NCBI GenBank assembly: GCA_016840085.1
Contig: JAEOTA010000019.1
Location: forward strand, 1-64,000
Direction: 5' to 3'
DNA from: Promethearchaeota archaeon
Lineage (GTDB): Archaea > Asgardarchaeota > Lokiarchaeia > Sigyniarchaeales > SOKP01
Length of the DNA stretch: 64,000 bases
Shown here: positions 10,782-20,364 of the stretch, in pieces
Position numbering within the stretch: the stretch's first letter is position 1
Layout: each line of letters starts with the position of its first letter
Notes under the pieces: generated by a model
What the model saw: the letters and a program-made list of their open reading frames with translations, nothing else
Told to the model about the DNA's origin: nothing
Database searches by the model: none
Made by a program: the position numbers and the translations under genes

Positions 10782-12599
10782 CTAAATCTCGATACTCGGT
10801 TCAATGTTATATTTATATTTGGTAATTGTCTCTTGAGTTGGCACTCCTTCACTGTCCCACCCACGGCATAAATAATAATTTGATCGCATTTTAAAAAAAT
10901 TCTCCATTCCAATAACTTTGCCTGCTCCCGGGCCATCAGGAAGATTTTGTTCCAAAGTGCGTTTAGGTAGAATGTCATCTTTGGAACTAAAACCCTCTCG
11001 AATATTAATACGCCTGATAAGCGTTTCAATGATTTCAGTACTCCTATTGAGATCATCTCCTGTATAACTTGAGCCAACAACAACATTTAAGTACTGAGCC
11101 CAATCTTCCATTCCTAAGCGAATTATTGACCCTGGCATATCACAAACTATAAGTGAATGCATTATACATCTATGATTCATCAAATTTATTACTCTTTCTG
11201 CTTTTCCTTCGATACTAAAAGGATTTAAACCCCCTAAAACTTCTACCGATGGAGGCCACGCTCTTCGATGACAAGCTCCCCTTGGTGTAACAGAATAAGT
11301 AATGGCTGAACCCCACCCCGCTCGGGGATCATAAGCAGGGAATTCAAGTCCTTTAGAATGCATAGCGAAATCTTCTGTATTTTGTCCAAGTACTCTTGCC
11401 ATCTCTTTTACACCTTGAGCACAAAAAGCTCCAAAATCTCTTCTATAAGCCATAAGCTCCAATAATTCAATCACAGCTCCATAATTGCCGAATTTGAGTT
11501 CTAATCCTCCAGTGTTTTCTTGAGTTAAAATACCTCGTTCATAGCACTCCATTGCAAAACCTATAGCTACACCTGCAGAAATGGTATCCATACCTAAATC
11601 ATCACAAAGATAGTTTGCCTTCATTATTGCCGGTAAATAATTAATTTCCAAATTAGCCCCTAGCATAGCAAGCGTCTCATATTCTGGTCCTTCCAATAAT
11701 AAATCTTTAAATATACCCTCCTTAACTTGCGTTATATTTGCACAACCAGCAAAACATGCGTAACAAGCCCGATCCGCTATTTTTACATCTATAACAGCAT
11801 CTTTATCGATAGTACCGATACCCTTTTTAAATTGACCTTGAGTAAAATTTCGAGTTGGAAGCATGCCCGCAGCATTAGTAAGAGTTAATGTCATTGGAGT
11901 CATGTGTCTTTGTCTAATTCGTTTTTGATGATTAAGAACAAGATGATGAAGAGCCCTCATATTGGCACAGCTAATCCCACTAGTGCCTTTAACCGCAATA
12001 GATTTAAGATTCTTAGAGCCCATCACAGCACCAGCACCTCCACGACCTGCTTTTCTAAAATAATCACTTCCTACGCATGCAAATGGGAGGAGATTCTCTC
12101 CAGCTGGCCCAATAGATAGAGCACCACATTCTGGATTGAAATTCTCCCTAATAAATGTCTCCGTCTCAAAAGAGCCTTTACCCCATAAATGCCTAGCATC
12201 TGAAAATTCCACTTTATCCTCATTAATAAACACGTTAATAGGATATCTAGCCTTATGAGTAATAATAAGACCATCATATCCCGCAAATTTCAGTTCTGAA
12301 GCTATTTTCCCACTAGAATAAGAATCTAACCACCCACCAGTTGCAGGGGATTTAGTAACTATAAGATGTTTTCCTGCACCAGGTGCCATTGTGCCACTCA
12401 ATGGACCAGTAAGAATCATAAAAATATTGTCTTGTCCAAGTGGATCTGCTCCTGGTGGAATGAGATCCCAATAAAGTTTTGCTCCAAGACCACGACCACC
12501 AATATACTTCTTCAATATTTCTTTTGGAATATTTACTGTCTTATAGGATTCTTTAGAAAGATCTATATGTAAAAGTTTACCTTTATATCCATTAAGCAT
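10782..12599 (-). CDS. aor: Aldehyde:ferredoxin oxidoreductase family (tungstopterin)
   Basis: YIGGRGLG, KSPATG, GRGGAGAVMGSKNLK, GPEYET, DDLGMD. Confidence 0.92.
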   Translation of the reverse strand: MLNGYKGKLLHIDLSKESYKTVNIPKEILKKYIGGRGLGAKLYWDLIPPGADPLGQDNIFMILTGPLSGTMAPGAGKHLIVTKSPATGGWLDSYSSGKIASELKFAGYDGLIITHKARYPINVFINEDKVEFSDARHLWGKGSFETETFIRENFNPECGALSIGPAGENLLPFACVGSDYFRKAGRGGAGAVMGSKNLKSIAVKGTSGISCANMRALHHLVLNHQKRIRQRHMTPMTLTLTNAAGMLPTRNFTQGQFKKGIGTIDKDAVIDVKIADRACYACFAGCANITQVKEGIFKDLLLEGPEYETLAMLGANLEINYLPAIMKANYLCDDLGMDTISAGVAIGFAMECYERGILTQENTGGLELKFGNYGAVIELLELMAYRRDFGAFCAQGVKEMARVLGQNTEDFAMHSKGLEFPAYDPRAGWGSAITYSVTPRGACHRRAWPPSVEVLGGLNPFSIEGKAERVINLMNHRCIMHSLIVCDMPGSIIRLGMEDWAQYLNVVVGSSYTGDDLNRSTEIIETLIRRINIREGFSSKDDILPKRTLEQNLPDGPGAGKVIGMENFFKMRSNYYLCRGWDSEGVPTQETITKYKYNIEPSIEI

Positions 12600-12745
12600 T
12601 TGTATCGGAAAAATTTTCTTTTAAATTATAATTTTTTCTTACTTTTATAAATAAATATTATTTTATATTTTATCAGAATTTATTCATTCTAATAAATAAA
12701 CAAATAAATAAACAAGATAAAAAATAAAAAATCGTGAAATAAATA

Positions 12746-13603
12746 TTGAAACATATTGAGGGAGAATTTATAGGAGTAAAAGGGTTGAAAATTTATTATC
12801 AAGCATGGATTCCAGATACTCCTAAAGCGGTTATTCAACTTGTTCATGGAGGATTTGAACACTCTGGAAGATATCAATCTGTTGTAAATGAATTAGTTCC
12901 CGAAGGATATGCAATTTATGCAGATGATCATCGCGGTCACGGAAAATCTGAAGGATTAAGAAATTATGTCGATTCCTTTGAACAATATATAGAAGATGAA
13001 AGATTACTATACCAAATTATAAAGGAACACTATCCATATTTACCAATATTTATGTTGGGTCATTCTCTTGGCTCATTTATCGCTATTTATTTCACAAAGA
13101 AATATGAGAATCTCTTACATGGTCTTATCCTTTCGGGAACGGGAACAAAACCAGGTAGAGAGACTAGCCGATTTTTAAAACTAATAGCAAAAGGTTTCTC
13201 AAAAATCGCTCCTAAAATGAATTTCAATCCAAGACTTAATGCTAAATTTTTAAGCCACGACCCAGAAGTAGTAAAGCTGTATGAGAACGATCCTTTCGTG
13301 AATGCCGATAAAATTTCGGCAAGATTAAGCTATGAAATGGTAAAAAATTTCAAACATTTTAAGACATTTATCGGAAATTTTAAAGTTAATTTGTTAATTC
13401 AGTGCGGTTCAGACGATAAATTAATTAAAGGAAGCAAAGAACTTGACGATTTGTTTAAAATGGATGATAAAACCATTAAAATCTATGAAGGGTTATACCA
13501 TGAAGTATATAATGAAATCGAATATAATAGAAAAGTAGTATTAAAAGATCTTCGTGATTGGTTAAACAACCGCCTATTCATATCTAAATCGATGAAAAAG
13601 TGA
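12746..13603 (+). CDS. Alpha/beta hydrolase, lysophospholipase/monoglyceride lipase-like
   Basis: HGGFEHSGRY, DHRGHG, GHSLG, YHEVYNE. Confidence 0.9.
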   Translation: MKHIEGEFIGVKGLKIYYQAWIPDTPKAVIQLVHGGFEHSGRYQSVVNELVPEGYAIYADDHRGHGKSEGLRNYVDSFEQYIEDERLLYQIIKEHYPYLPIFMLGHSLGSFIAIYFTKKYENLLHGLILSGTGTKPGRETSRFLKLIAKGFSKIAPKMNFNPRLNAKFLSHDPEVVKLYENDPFVNADKISARLSYEMVKNFKHFKTFIGNFKVNLLIQCGSDDKLIKGSKELDDLFKMDDKTIKIYEGLYHEVYNEIEYNRKVVLKDLRDWLNNRLFISKSMKK

Positions 13604-14503
13604 GAGTGCATTTTCACGCTCAATAGCAATACAATCTTCTTTATCAAGGTCTTCATAGTCTCCAATCCCTTGAAGCATTTCCTTTACTACTCTTTCGTGA
13701 ACAAAGGGAAAATCACTACCAAAAAGCAATTTTGAAGGATTCACTACTTCCATAAGAGTTTTAAACACATAAGGGGTTGCTGATATTGCCATATCATAAT
13801 AGAAATTATTTAGATATTTTATTAGCCTCTTATTTCCAAAGGTAATCCTCCATGCTAAATAAGGAGCAGTCCCTCCAGCATGCGCTAAAATAAACCGAAT
13901 ATCAGAATAGCGTTTAAGAATTCCATGATGCATTAGATTTGCAACTGTACGAGTTGTATCAAAAACAAATTCTAAAACAGAGGTAGGAAAACTGAGCTGG
14001 GGGAGATTCTCTTCAGGAGGTGCATTAGGATGAATAAATACCACTGTCCTTCGACGATTAAGTTCTGAAAAAAGTTCTTCAAATTCGGGGTCTCCTAAAT
14101 ATTTTCCATTTATGTTTGAAAGTAGCACAACACCATCCAATTCCAATGTATCTAATGCATACTCTAATTCAATTAATGATGCTTCAATATCGGGTAAAGG
14201 TAATGTAGCAAATCCACCAAAACGTTGAGGATACTTGTTAATTAAATTAGCTGAAAAATCATTACATATTCGGGCTAAATCTCGTGTAAATACACAATCT
14301 CCAAAATAAACTCCAGGAGAAGAAATTGAGGTTATAGCAGTCGCGATACCTTGGCGATCCATTACCTCTAAACTATCTCTTGGCTCCCATGTGGGGAAAC
14401 CTACATTCCCTGCAGTAGTAATATTAACTTTAGCTAGAAATTTAAGATACTCTGGAGGTAAAACATGATGATGAATATCGATTCTATGAGCTTTTTTCTC
14501 CAT
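13574..14503 (-). CDS. Amidohydrolase family (ACMSD/decarboxylase-like)
   Basis: IDIHHH, FIHP, LAHAGG, FGSDFP. Confidence 0.9.
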   Translation of the reverse strand: MEKKAHRIDIHHHVLPPEYLKFLAKVNITTAGNVGFPTWEPRDSLEVMDRQGIATAITSISSPGVYFGDCVFTRDLARICNDFSANLINKYPQRFGGFATLPLPDIEASLIELEYALDTLELDGVVLLSNINGKYLGDPEFEELFSELNRRRTVVFIHPNAPPEENLPQLSFPTSVLEFVFDTTRTVANLMHHGILKRYSDIRFILAHAGGTAPYLAWRITFGNKRLIKYLNNFYYDMAISATPYVFKTLMEVVNPSKLLFGSDFPFVHERVVKEMLQGIGDYEDLDKEDCIAIERENALSLFHRFRYE

Positions 14504-14513
14504 AGTATTAACT

Positions 14514-14744
14514 TTATTTATTATATTTTTCTCTCAAATAATCTTCAGAGTTTAAAAATATCTCACAATCACAAAATCCTCCAGAACTTCTGCAATCTTC
14601 TAAAAACTCTTCTTGATCCTTTCTAGGTATATTCATTTCTTCTAATATAATCTCTGCATTGGTTAAATCGCGACCATTACATCCATTGACTTCTAATAAT
14701 TCCTCTAATCGATTAAAGAATTTTTCCAGATCTTGTTTATTCAT
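14514..14744 (-). CDS. DUF2695-like small Cys-rich protein
   Basis: GC...GGFCDCEIFLN. Confidence 0.75.
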   Translation of the reverse strand: MNKQDLEKFFNRLEELLEVNGCNGRDLTNAEIILEEMNIPRKDQEEFLEDCRSSGGFCDCEIFLNSEDYLREKYNK

Positions 14745-14838
14745 ATTTCTTTTACCTAGTTCAATTTTATTAAGTGTTTTTTTAGATTAATATCTTTAAT
14801 TAATAAATCTTAACATCATTTTTCCCCCATAGGTTCAT

Positions 14839-15510
14839 TTATTTCTTAAGAATAATTTTCATCCACCCATCTGTTAATATCATTTGGAAGTGTTTCTGGA
14901 ATTTTGATCGTTCAAGAAGACTTTTAATTTTGGTATTGTATTCTTCCCACTTAAATCCGTGTAATTTTTGGATTTGACTGACAATAGGGTATCGAAAACC
15001 ACCATAAATTCTTTTTAATTTAAGTACTTCTTCATTAGGGGGGTTGTAACATCCATCATAAATCCATGCTTCCCTATTCGGCTTCAAAACACGGTAACAC
15101 TCATTGAAAACCTTAATTGGAGTTCCCCAGTGATGAAATGAACCTGTACTAACAATTAAATCAACTGTATTGTCTCCAAAAGGAAAGTCTATAGCATTCG
15201 CTAATTTAAACTTTACATTGTTAAAACCACTCGCATTACCTGACGCAATCTCAACCATTTTGATACTTAAATCAATCCCGAAAATTTTAAGTTCTGGCGC
15301 TCTCTTCGCTATTTCTATTGATAAGAATCCTGTCCCTGAACCTACATCTATTAAAATTCCGCTATCTATTCTTTGAACAATATTTTGAGCAATTCTTACT
15401 TCTGGTTTGCTTAAAATTCTTTTTATAATAGCATTATAAACAATAGCACCTAAAGTGGGAATTGCTTCTAATTTTACTTGTATGTCTCTAATAAATTTAA
15501 CTAAACACAT
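14839..15510 (-). CDS. Class I SAM-dependent methyltransferase
   Basis: IDVGSGTG, GIDLS, RVLKP. Confidence 0.9.
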   Translation of the reverse strand: MCLVKFIRDIQVKLEAIPTLGAIVYNAIIKRILSKPEVRIAQNIVQRIDSGILIDVGSGTGFLSIEIAKRAPELKIFGIDLSIKMVEIASGNASGFNNVKFKLANAIDFPFGDNTVDLIVSTGSFHHWGTPIKVFNECYRVLKPNREAWIYDGCYNPPNEEVLKLKRIYGGFRYPIVSQIQKLHGFKWEEYNTKIKSLLERSKFQKHFQMILTDGWMKIILKK

Positions 15511-15544
15511 TTGATAATATCACGCAATGATCAAAAAATTAAAA

Positions 15545-15697
15545 TCAAACTGTGATTATTTTAAAAACCCATCTTAATTTACATTGACGGGAACAGAAAA
15601 ATCGTTTTGATGGTTGTTGACATATGTTGATATGGTGATTTCTCTTATTCCACTTATTATTCTTGATGTTTTTTCCACAGAATTCGCAATCCGGCAT
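15545..15697 (-). CDS. 50-aa TRASH/MYM-type zinc-finger microprotein, copy 2
   Basis: MPDCEFCGKNIKNNKWNKRNHHINICQQPSKRFFCSRQCKLRWVFKIITV; same length as copy 1 with all Cys kept. Confidence 0.8.
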   Translation of the reverse strand: MPDCEFCGKNIKNNKWNKRNHHINICQQPSKRFFCSRQCKLRWVFKIITV

Positions 15698-15844
15698 TGT
15701 TCTTTTTTTATTTTTTTCCATTCTCCTTAAATTCCTCTATCACATGTAGTGTTGCGCTTAATTACTCTATATTGTTCATAGAATAATGATCTCAAATGTT
15801 ACTAATACGTTAATGTAAATAGCCTTTTGTATATAATATAAAAT

Positions 15845-15965
15845 ATGGAAAATCAATAAGCCGCATTTATCGAAACTGTATAGCAAAGTCTGTCAGCTCT
15901 GTGAGAAATATGAAAAGGTTGAGTTTTTCCATATCGATAAAAGTAATCTATCCATGCTAAAATAG
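15845..15965 (+). pseudogene. Relic of the 3' part of an RNase HI gene
   Basis: WKINKPHLSKLYSKVCQLCEKYEKVEFFH matches WKINYLHLMKLYSKVHQLCENYEKVEFFH at about 40116-40203. Confidence 0.85.
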
Positions 15966-16207
15966 GTAATCAGCGATTAGATACTGAAAGATTAATCCTC
16001 AATTAATTTAGACATTTTTTGTTGAGGTCTATTATTCATATTAGTTTACTGATAAATCGAAATAAGTATTATGGTTATTTTTCTATAAGTAATTGAATAT
16101 TAATCTAATATTTCACAATTTGCTAATGAAATTTATGTGAAAAATATATATATCAAATTGATTAAACTATTTTTTGATAAAATAAAATTTATGATGAGAT
16201 TATTCAA

Positions 16208-16672
16208 ATGAAGGATAAATTTCAATTAGTTGGGACAAAAATTCAAGAATTCAAATTACCTAATTCAAGAGGAGAAACCTTAAACATCAGAGACTTAGAG
16301 GGAAAAAATGTCGTAGTAGTCCTTTTCAGGGATATACATTGACCTTATTGTCGTTGGCATGCTGCAAAACTCCGAAGAGACTATGAAAAATTTCAAGAAT
16401 CAAATACTTACTTGTATACAATATTAGCAGATAAAAAGAAAAATGCAATTAAAATGGAACAAAAATATGCGCGCAAATATGCTGTGTTTTATGATAAATC
16501 AAAAAAAGTTCCCAAAATGCTTAAACAACAAGTTAAAATAACTAAACTTGGAAGAATGCCAGGATTATTGGTCATTGATAAGCAAGGAATCATTCAATAT
16601 GCATATTATGGAGATAACATGCATGATATTCCCACAAATGAAGAGATTTTCGAAGTATTAAAAAAGATATAA
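16208..16672 (+). CDS. Peroxiredoxin-like (AhpC/TSA redoxin) protein with in-frame TGA at codon 45 in UxxC; probable selenoprotein, 154 aa
   Basis: MKDKFQLVGTKIQEFKLPNSRGETLNIRDLEGKNVVVVLFRDIH-TGA-PYCRWH... continues in frame into track ORF 16412-16672 (PGLLVIDKQGIIQYAYYG). Confidence 0.85.
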
Positions 16673-16679
16673 TAATATT

Positions 16680-16751
16680 GATTTGGTAGGAATAAAGTAG
16701 AAAACAAAAATGATGCTTTTTTCCTAAAAGTTAGCCAAACTTTTCCAAATC
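16680..16751 (+). promoter_or_regulatory. Predicted three-way-junction RNA structure in the 3'UTR of the TGA-containing gene (SECIS candidate or terminator)
   Basis: GATTTGG/CCAAATC closing stem, TAGGAATAAAGTA/TGCTTTTTTCCTA hairpin, AAAGTT/AACTTT hairpin; paired by eye. Confidence 0.4.
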
Positions 16752-16802
16752 TTTTTTGATTTGAAGAAACAATTAATTAAACTATAAATTTATTAATTTG
16801 AT

Positions 16803-17438
16803 TTAAAAACTCAAATTTCTAAAGATATAGGTGCTAGCTGTTTTTGTATAACCTATACCCCGTTGAATTTTCTCTAAATAACTCTTAGTAACTTTTAAAT
16901 CTGATTTTTTAGGGATGAAATATTTGTCTAAATTCTTTTCAGTTAATCGATAGTGCCGATTACTTCGATAAATAACCCCTATAAATTCATAATATTCATC
17001 TAGGTATGCCATACTTGCATCACCATGGTTATTGTTTGCTAAAAGGATTCCACCTTTCTTAAGGTATTTTTTACAGCTTTGCGAGATAAAACCACCATAT
17101 TGGGAAATTAGCAAATCAAAATCTTTAAAAGTTTCTCCAATATTAGAATTATAATCTTTATGGTGGAATCTGATAACTGGTTGCTTCTTATATGTTCGAT
17201 TTTTATAAATAAATTCAAAAATGCTTTTGTCCCTAAAGAAATCTTTTACTTTTTTATAAGTATCGATATACACAGTTATAGGAATATATAATGACGGTGC
17301 TATATGTATATAACTTCCAGGATAAATAGCACTCTGTATTTCATACTTATTAACTAAAAGCTCAAATATTTCCCTTCTATCACCATTAGAAAAATGTTGT
17401 GTATACTCCTGAACCGCCTTTCCCTTTAATGGTATCAC
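16803..17438 (-). CDS. Hypothetical protein, possibly methyltransferase-like fold
   Basis: YPGSYIHIAPS, FDLLISQYGG, YLKKGGILL. Confidence 0.65.
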   Translation of the reverse strand: MIPLKGKAVQEYTQHFSNGDRREIFELLVNKYEIQSAIYPGSYIHIAPSLYIPITVYIDTYKKVKDFFRDKSIFEFIYKNRTYKKQPVIRFHHKDYNSNIGETFKDFDLLISQYGGFISQSCKKYLKKGGILLANNNHGDASMAYLDEYYEFIGVIYRSNRHYRLTEKNLDKYFIPKKSDLKVTKSYLEKIQRGIGYTKTASTYIFRNLSF

Positions 17439-17461
17439 CCTGAAAAAGTTTAGAGAAAAAT

Positions 17462-17851
17462 TTATTCTTTCTTAAAATCGAGAGAAATCGAATTAATACA
17501 ATATCGACAACCCTTATTCTTCGGTACATCATCAAATACATGTCCCAAATGCCCTCCACAATTTTTACAGAGGACCTCTGTGCGCTTCATTCCATAACTT
17601 CTATCTGGTTTTTCTTCTATATTAGCCTCATCATAGGGTTCATAAAAACTTGGCCATCCAGTTCCCGAATCAAACTTTTTATCAGAAGAGAAAACAGGCG
17701 CACCACAAGCAGCACAATAATAAATCCCCTTTTCATGATTATTCCAATGTTTTCCTGTAAATGCAGGCTCAGTTCCTTTTTCTCGGAGAACGTGATATTG
17801 CTCTTTTGTTAATTTATTTTTCCACTTATCCTCAGATGATTTAGACTTCAT
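17462..17851 (-). CDS. msrB: Peptide methionine-R-sulfoxide reductase
   Basis: [38 protein letters not shown]. Confidence 0.95.
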   Translation of the reverse strand: MKSKSSEDKWKNKLTKEQYHVLREKGTEPAFTGKHWNNHEKGIYYCAACGAPVFSSDKKFDSGTGWPSFYEPYDEANIEEKPDRSYGMKRTEVLCKNCGGHLGHVFDDVPKNKGCRYCINSISLDFKKE

Positions 17852-18003
17852 AGAGTTAAAAAGGAATTTCTGATATTATAATTATTTCCTTATAAATCCT
17901 AAAACTATTACGGTTTTCTACTTATAGAAAAAATCTACTATTCATCTCAAATTTATATAAAATTAGACGTACATTTATTTCACGGAATCTTTGTGTAATA
18001 AGT

Positions 18004-18483
18004 ATGGAGACTCAAAAAGCAATTTTTGCAGCAGGTTGTTTCTGGGGTGTAGAGGCTAATTTTCGAAAAGTAAAAGGAGTTATATCTACTCGTGTGGGAT
18101 ATACTGGTGGGGACTTTACCAATCCGACCTATAAAAATGTATGTTCTCATAAAACGGGTCATGCAGAAGCGGTTGAAGTTACGTATGATCCTACTAAAAT
18201 CACATATGATGAACTTTTAGATGTATTTTGGTCAATTCATGACCCGACGACTTTAAATCGGCAAGGTCCTGATGTTGGTACACAGTATCGATCCGCGATT
18301 TTCTATCTGAACTCAGAACAAAAGGAAAAAGCCATGAACTCTAAAGCTAAGCTTGAGGCATACAAACGGTTTAAAAGAACAATAGTTACACAAATACTCC
18401 CGGCATCAGAATTTTGGAAAGCAGAGGAGTATCACCAACAATATTTAGATAAAAGACAAAAACGATTTATTACCAATTTTTAA
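18004..18483 (+). CDS. msrA: Peptide methionine-S-sulfoxide reductase
   Basis: [31 protein letters not shown]. Confidence 0.95.
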   Translation: METQKAIFAAGCFWGVEANFRKVKGVISTRVGYTGGDFTNPTYKNVCSHKTGHAEAVEVTYDPTKITYDELLDVFWSIHDPTTLNRQGPDVGTQYRSAIFYLNSEQKEKAMNSKAKLEAYKRFKRTIVTQILPASEFWKAEEYHQQYLDKRQKRFITNF

Positions 18484-18624
18484 GAAATTTAAAATTTTCC
18501 AAAATTAATAAATACTAATTCTTGATCTTTAAAGCATTTTGGTAAAAATGTAAATACTTTTATTTAATGTTCCCTATTTAATTTTACTATAAATTTAAAA
18601 AAAACTATTAAGGGAGCAAATAAA

Positions 18625-19257
18625 ATGACATTAGATTTTGAATTTCAATTCTTAACTTATGGAATATTGAATTGGATTGCTTTTATCTTATTAGTTTCAT
18701 CTTTTGTTTTTCTTGTCTTAGGGAGTCTTGATCAAAAAAAAGACCTTAAAGAATTGTCAAAGTTGTTAGTTTTTCTTGGAATTGTATTATTAATCTGGGA
18801 AATAATTAGCCTTTTAATCCCAAATGTTGTTGGCGATTCACCAACATCATCAGAAACGACAACAGGATTCATCTATGATTTGCTTCTCTTTATTTTAGTT
18901 CCTAATCTACTTCACATAATTCTTGGAATCCTTTTCATTCTATTTGGAGTTAAAAATATCACTCCAACTGGTCAGATTATCTCATTAGCAGGATTATTTT
19001 ATTTTATTGCAATGTTCGAGAGTTTTTTTATTGGAACTATTAGTACATATTCTGGATGGTATGATCCAACCTTCATTGATTCATTACAAAGTATTTTAAA
19101 ACTAATGGAATGGATAATGTACATCTCTTATCTTTTTGCAGCATTATTAGTTATAATCTATTCTGCTAAACTAAAATCGAAATTTCTTCTTATATATGGA
19201 TTATTTACCCTTGCTGTAGGGACGCTTGAACTTTTAAGCTTTCTTGAAATAATTTAA
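18625..19257 (+). CDS. Multi-pass membrane protein
   Basis: About 6 hydrophobic segments. Confidence 0.75.
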   Translation: MTLDFEFQFLTYGILNWIAFILLVSSFVFLVLGSLDQKKDLKELSKLLVFLGIVLLIWEIISLLIPNVVGDSPTSSETTTGFIYDLLLFILVPNLLHIILGILFILFGVKNITPTGQIISLAGLFYFIAMFESFFIGTISTYSGWYDPTFIDSLQSILKLMEWIMYISYLFAALLVIIYSAKLKSKFLLIYGLFTLAVGTLELLSFLEII

Positions 19258-19422
19258 ATATTACAATTCCTATTTTTTTCTATTCTAACAAGATTAAAGT
19301 GTAGTTTATTTATCAAAATCGAAAATCTTAACATTCTTTTTAGTAACTAATTCCCAATTCGAACCACAATTCGCTGAAAGATAATAATCAATGGAGTTGC
19401 TCGAAGGAATGGATTGCTTAGC

Positions 19423-19515
19423 CAAATTTTTCCAGCTTCAGACTTTTGACAAGCAGAAGAATATCACCAACAATATATAGAAAAAAGAGAAAAACACTTT
19501 GTGGTCCAACGCTAA
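19423..19515 (+). pseudogene. Relic of an msrA 3' end
   Basis: [25 protein letters not shown] aligns with 18391-18483; Trp TGG replaced by TGA. Confidence 0.85.
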
Positions 19516-19549
19516 ATTGCTTCTGAAATAATAATTTTGATATAATAAT

Positions 19550-20146
19550 TTATTGATTTATTACAATTTCTGTAAGATCTTCAAATGTTTCTTCTATATT
19601 CTGACCTGTTTTTGATGAAATTTCTTTATAACTCGATAAATTATATTTTTTAGCGATTTCAATTCCCACTTCAATATTAAACTCACGAGATTCTTCTAAA
19701 TCTAATTTATTACCAACTAACATAATTGGAATATCACCAACTTCTTCTCTTATGATTTTAATCCACTCAATTATTTGATCTAAAGATTTCATATTAGTAA
19801 TATCATATATGATCATAGCACCATTTGCACCACGACAATAATTTGCCAAGAGGAACGTAAATCTTTCCTCACCTCCTAGAACCCAAATTTGCAATTTAAC
19901 TCTCTTACCATGTAATTCTATTGTTTTAACATAAAAATCCACTCCAATAGTTAATCCTTCTGAAGGATTGAAAATATCGAAGCAAAATCTTTGAGCTAAG
20001 GTGGTCTTTCCTACTTTAGGTTCACCGAATAACATAATTTTAAATGTATAATCATAATCAAAGGGTGGTTTAAAGACAACTTTCCTTCTTATTCTGGAAA
20101 TTATCTTAACCCAAATTTTCACCAATTTTGAGAGTATACTCATCAT
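19550..20146 (-). CDS. Rab-like small GTPase with the G3 Asp replaced
   Basis: GEPKVGKT, TIGVDF, WVLGGEERF, GNKLD, SSKTG. Confidence 0.9.
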   Translation of the reverse strand: MMSILSKLVKIWVKIISRIRRKVVFKPPFDYDYTFKIMLFGEPKVGKTTLAQRFCFDIFNPSEGLTIGVDFYVKTIELHGKRVKLQIWVLGGEERFTFLLANYCRGANGAMIIYDITNMKSLDQIIEWIKIIREEVGDIPIMLVGNKLDLEESREFNIEVGIEIAKKYNLSSYKEISSKTGQNIEETFEDLTEIVINQ

Positions 20147-20364
20147 CTAAATTAATTTTGTACCCAATATGAATTATTTTTTCTAAAAACAGTTTCTTCC
20201 ATCTTTGAATAAGACAATTTGGGTATATAAATCTAACATTTGTGTCAGTTTTTCACATGACATAAAAGAAATTCTATTTCGGAGAGAAAAAAATTTATAG
20301 CTATTATGATAACAAGTTATATTGAAAAGAAACCCAAAATATAATTAAATTTGATGAGAAAATT

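Noticed and set aside
19447-19449. In-frame TGA in the msrA-like fragment as selenocysteine
   Set aside because: It aligns to Trp rather than Cys, and the fragment lacks the catalytic region
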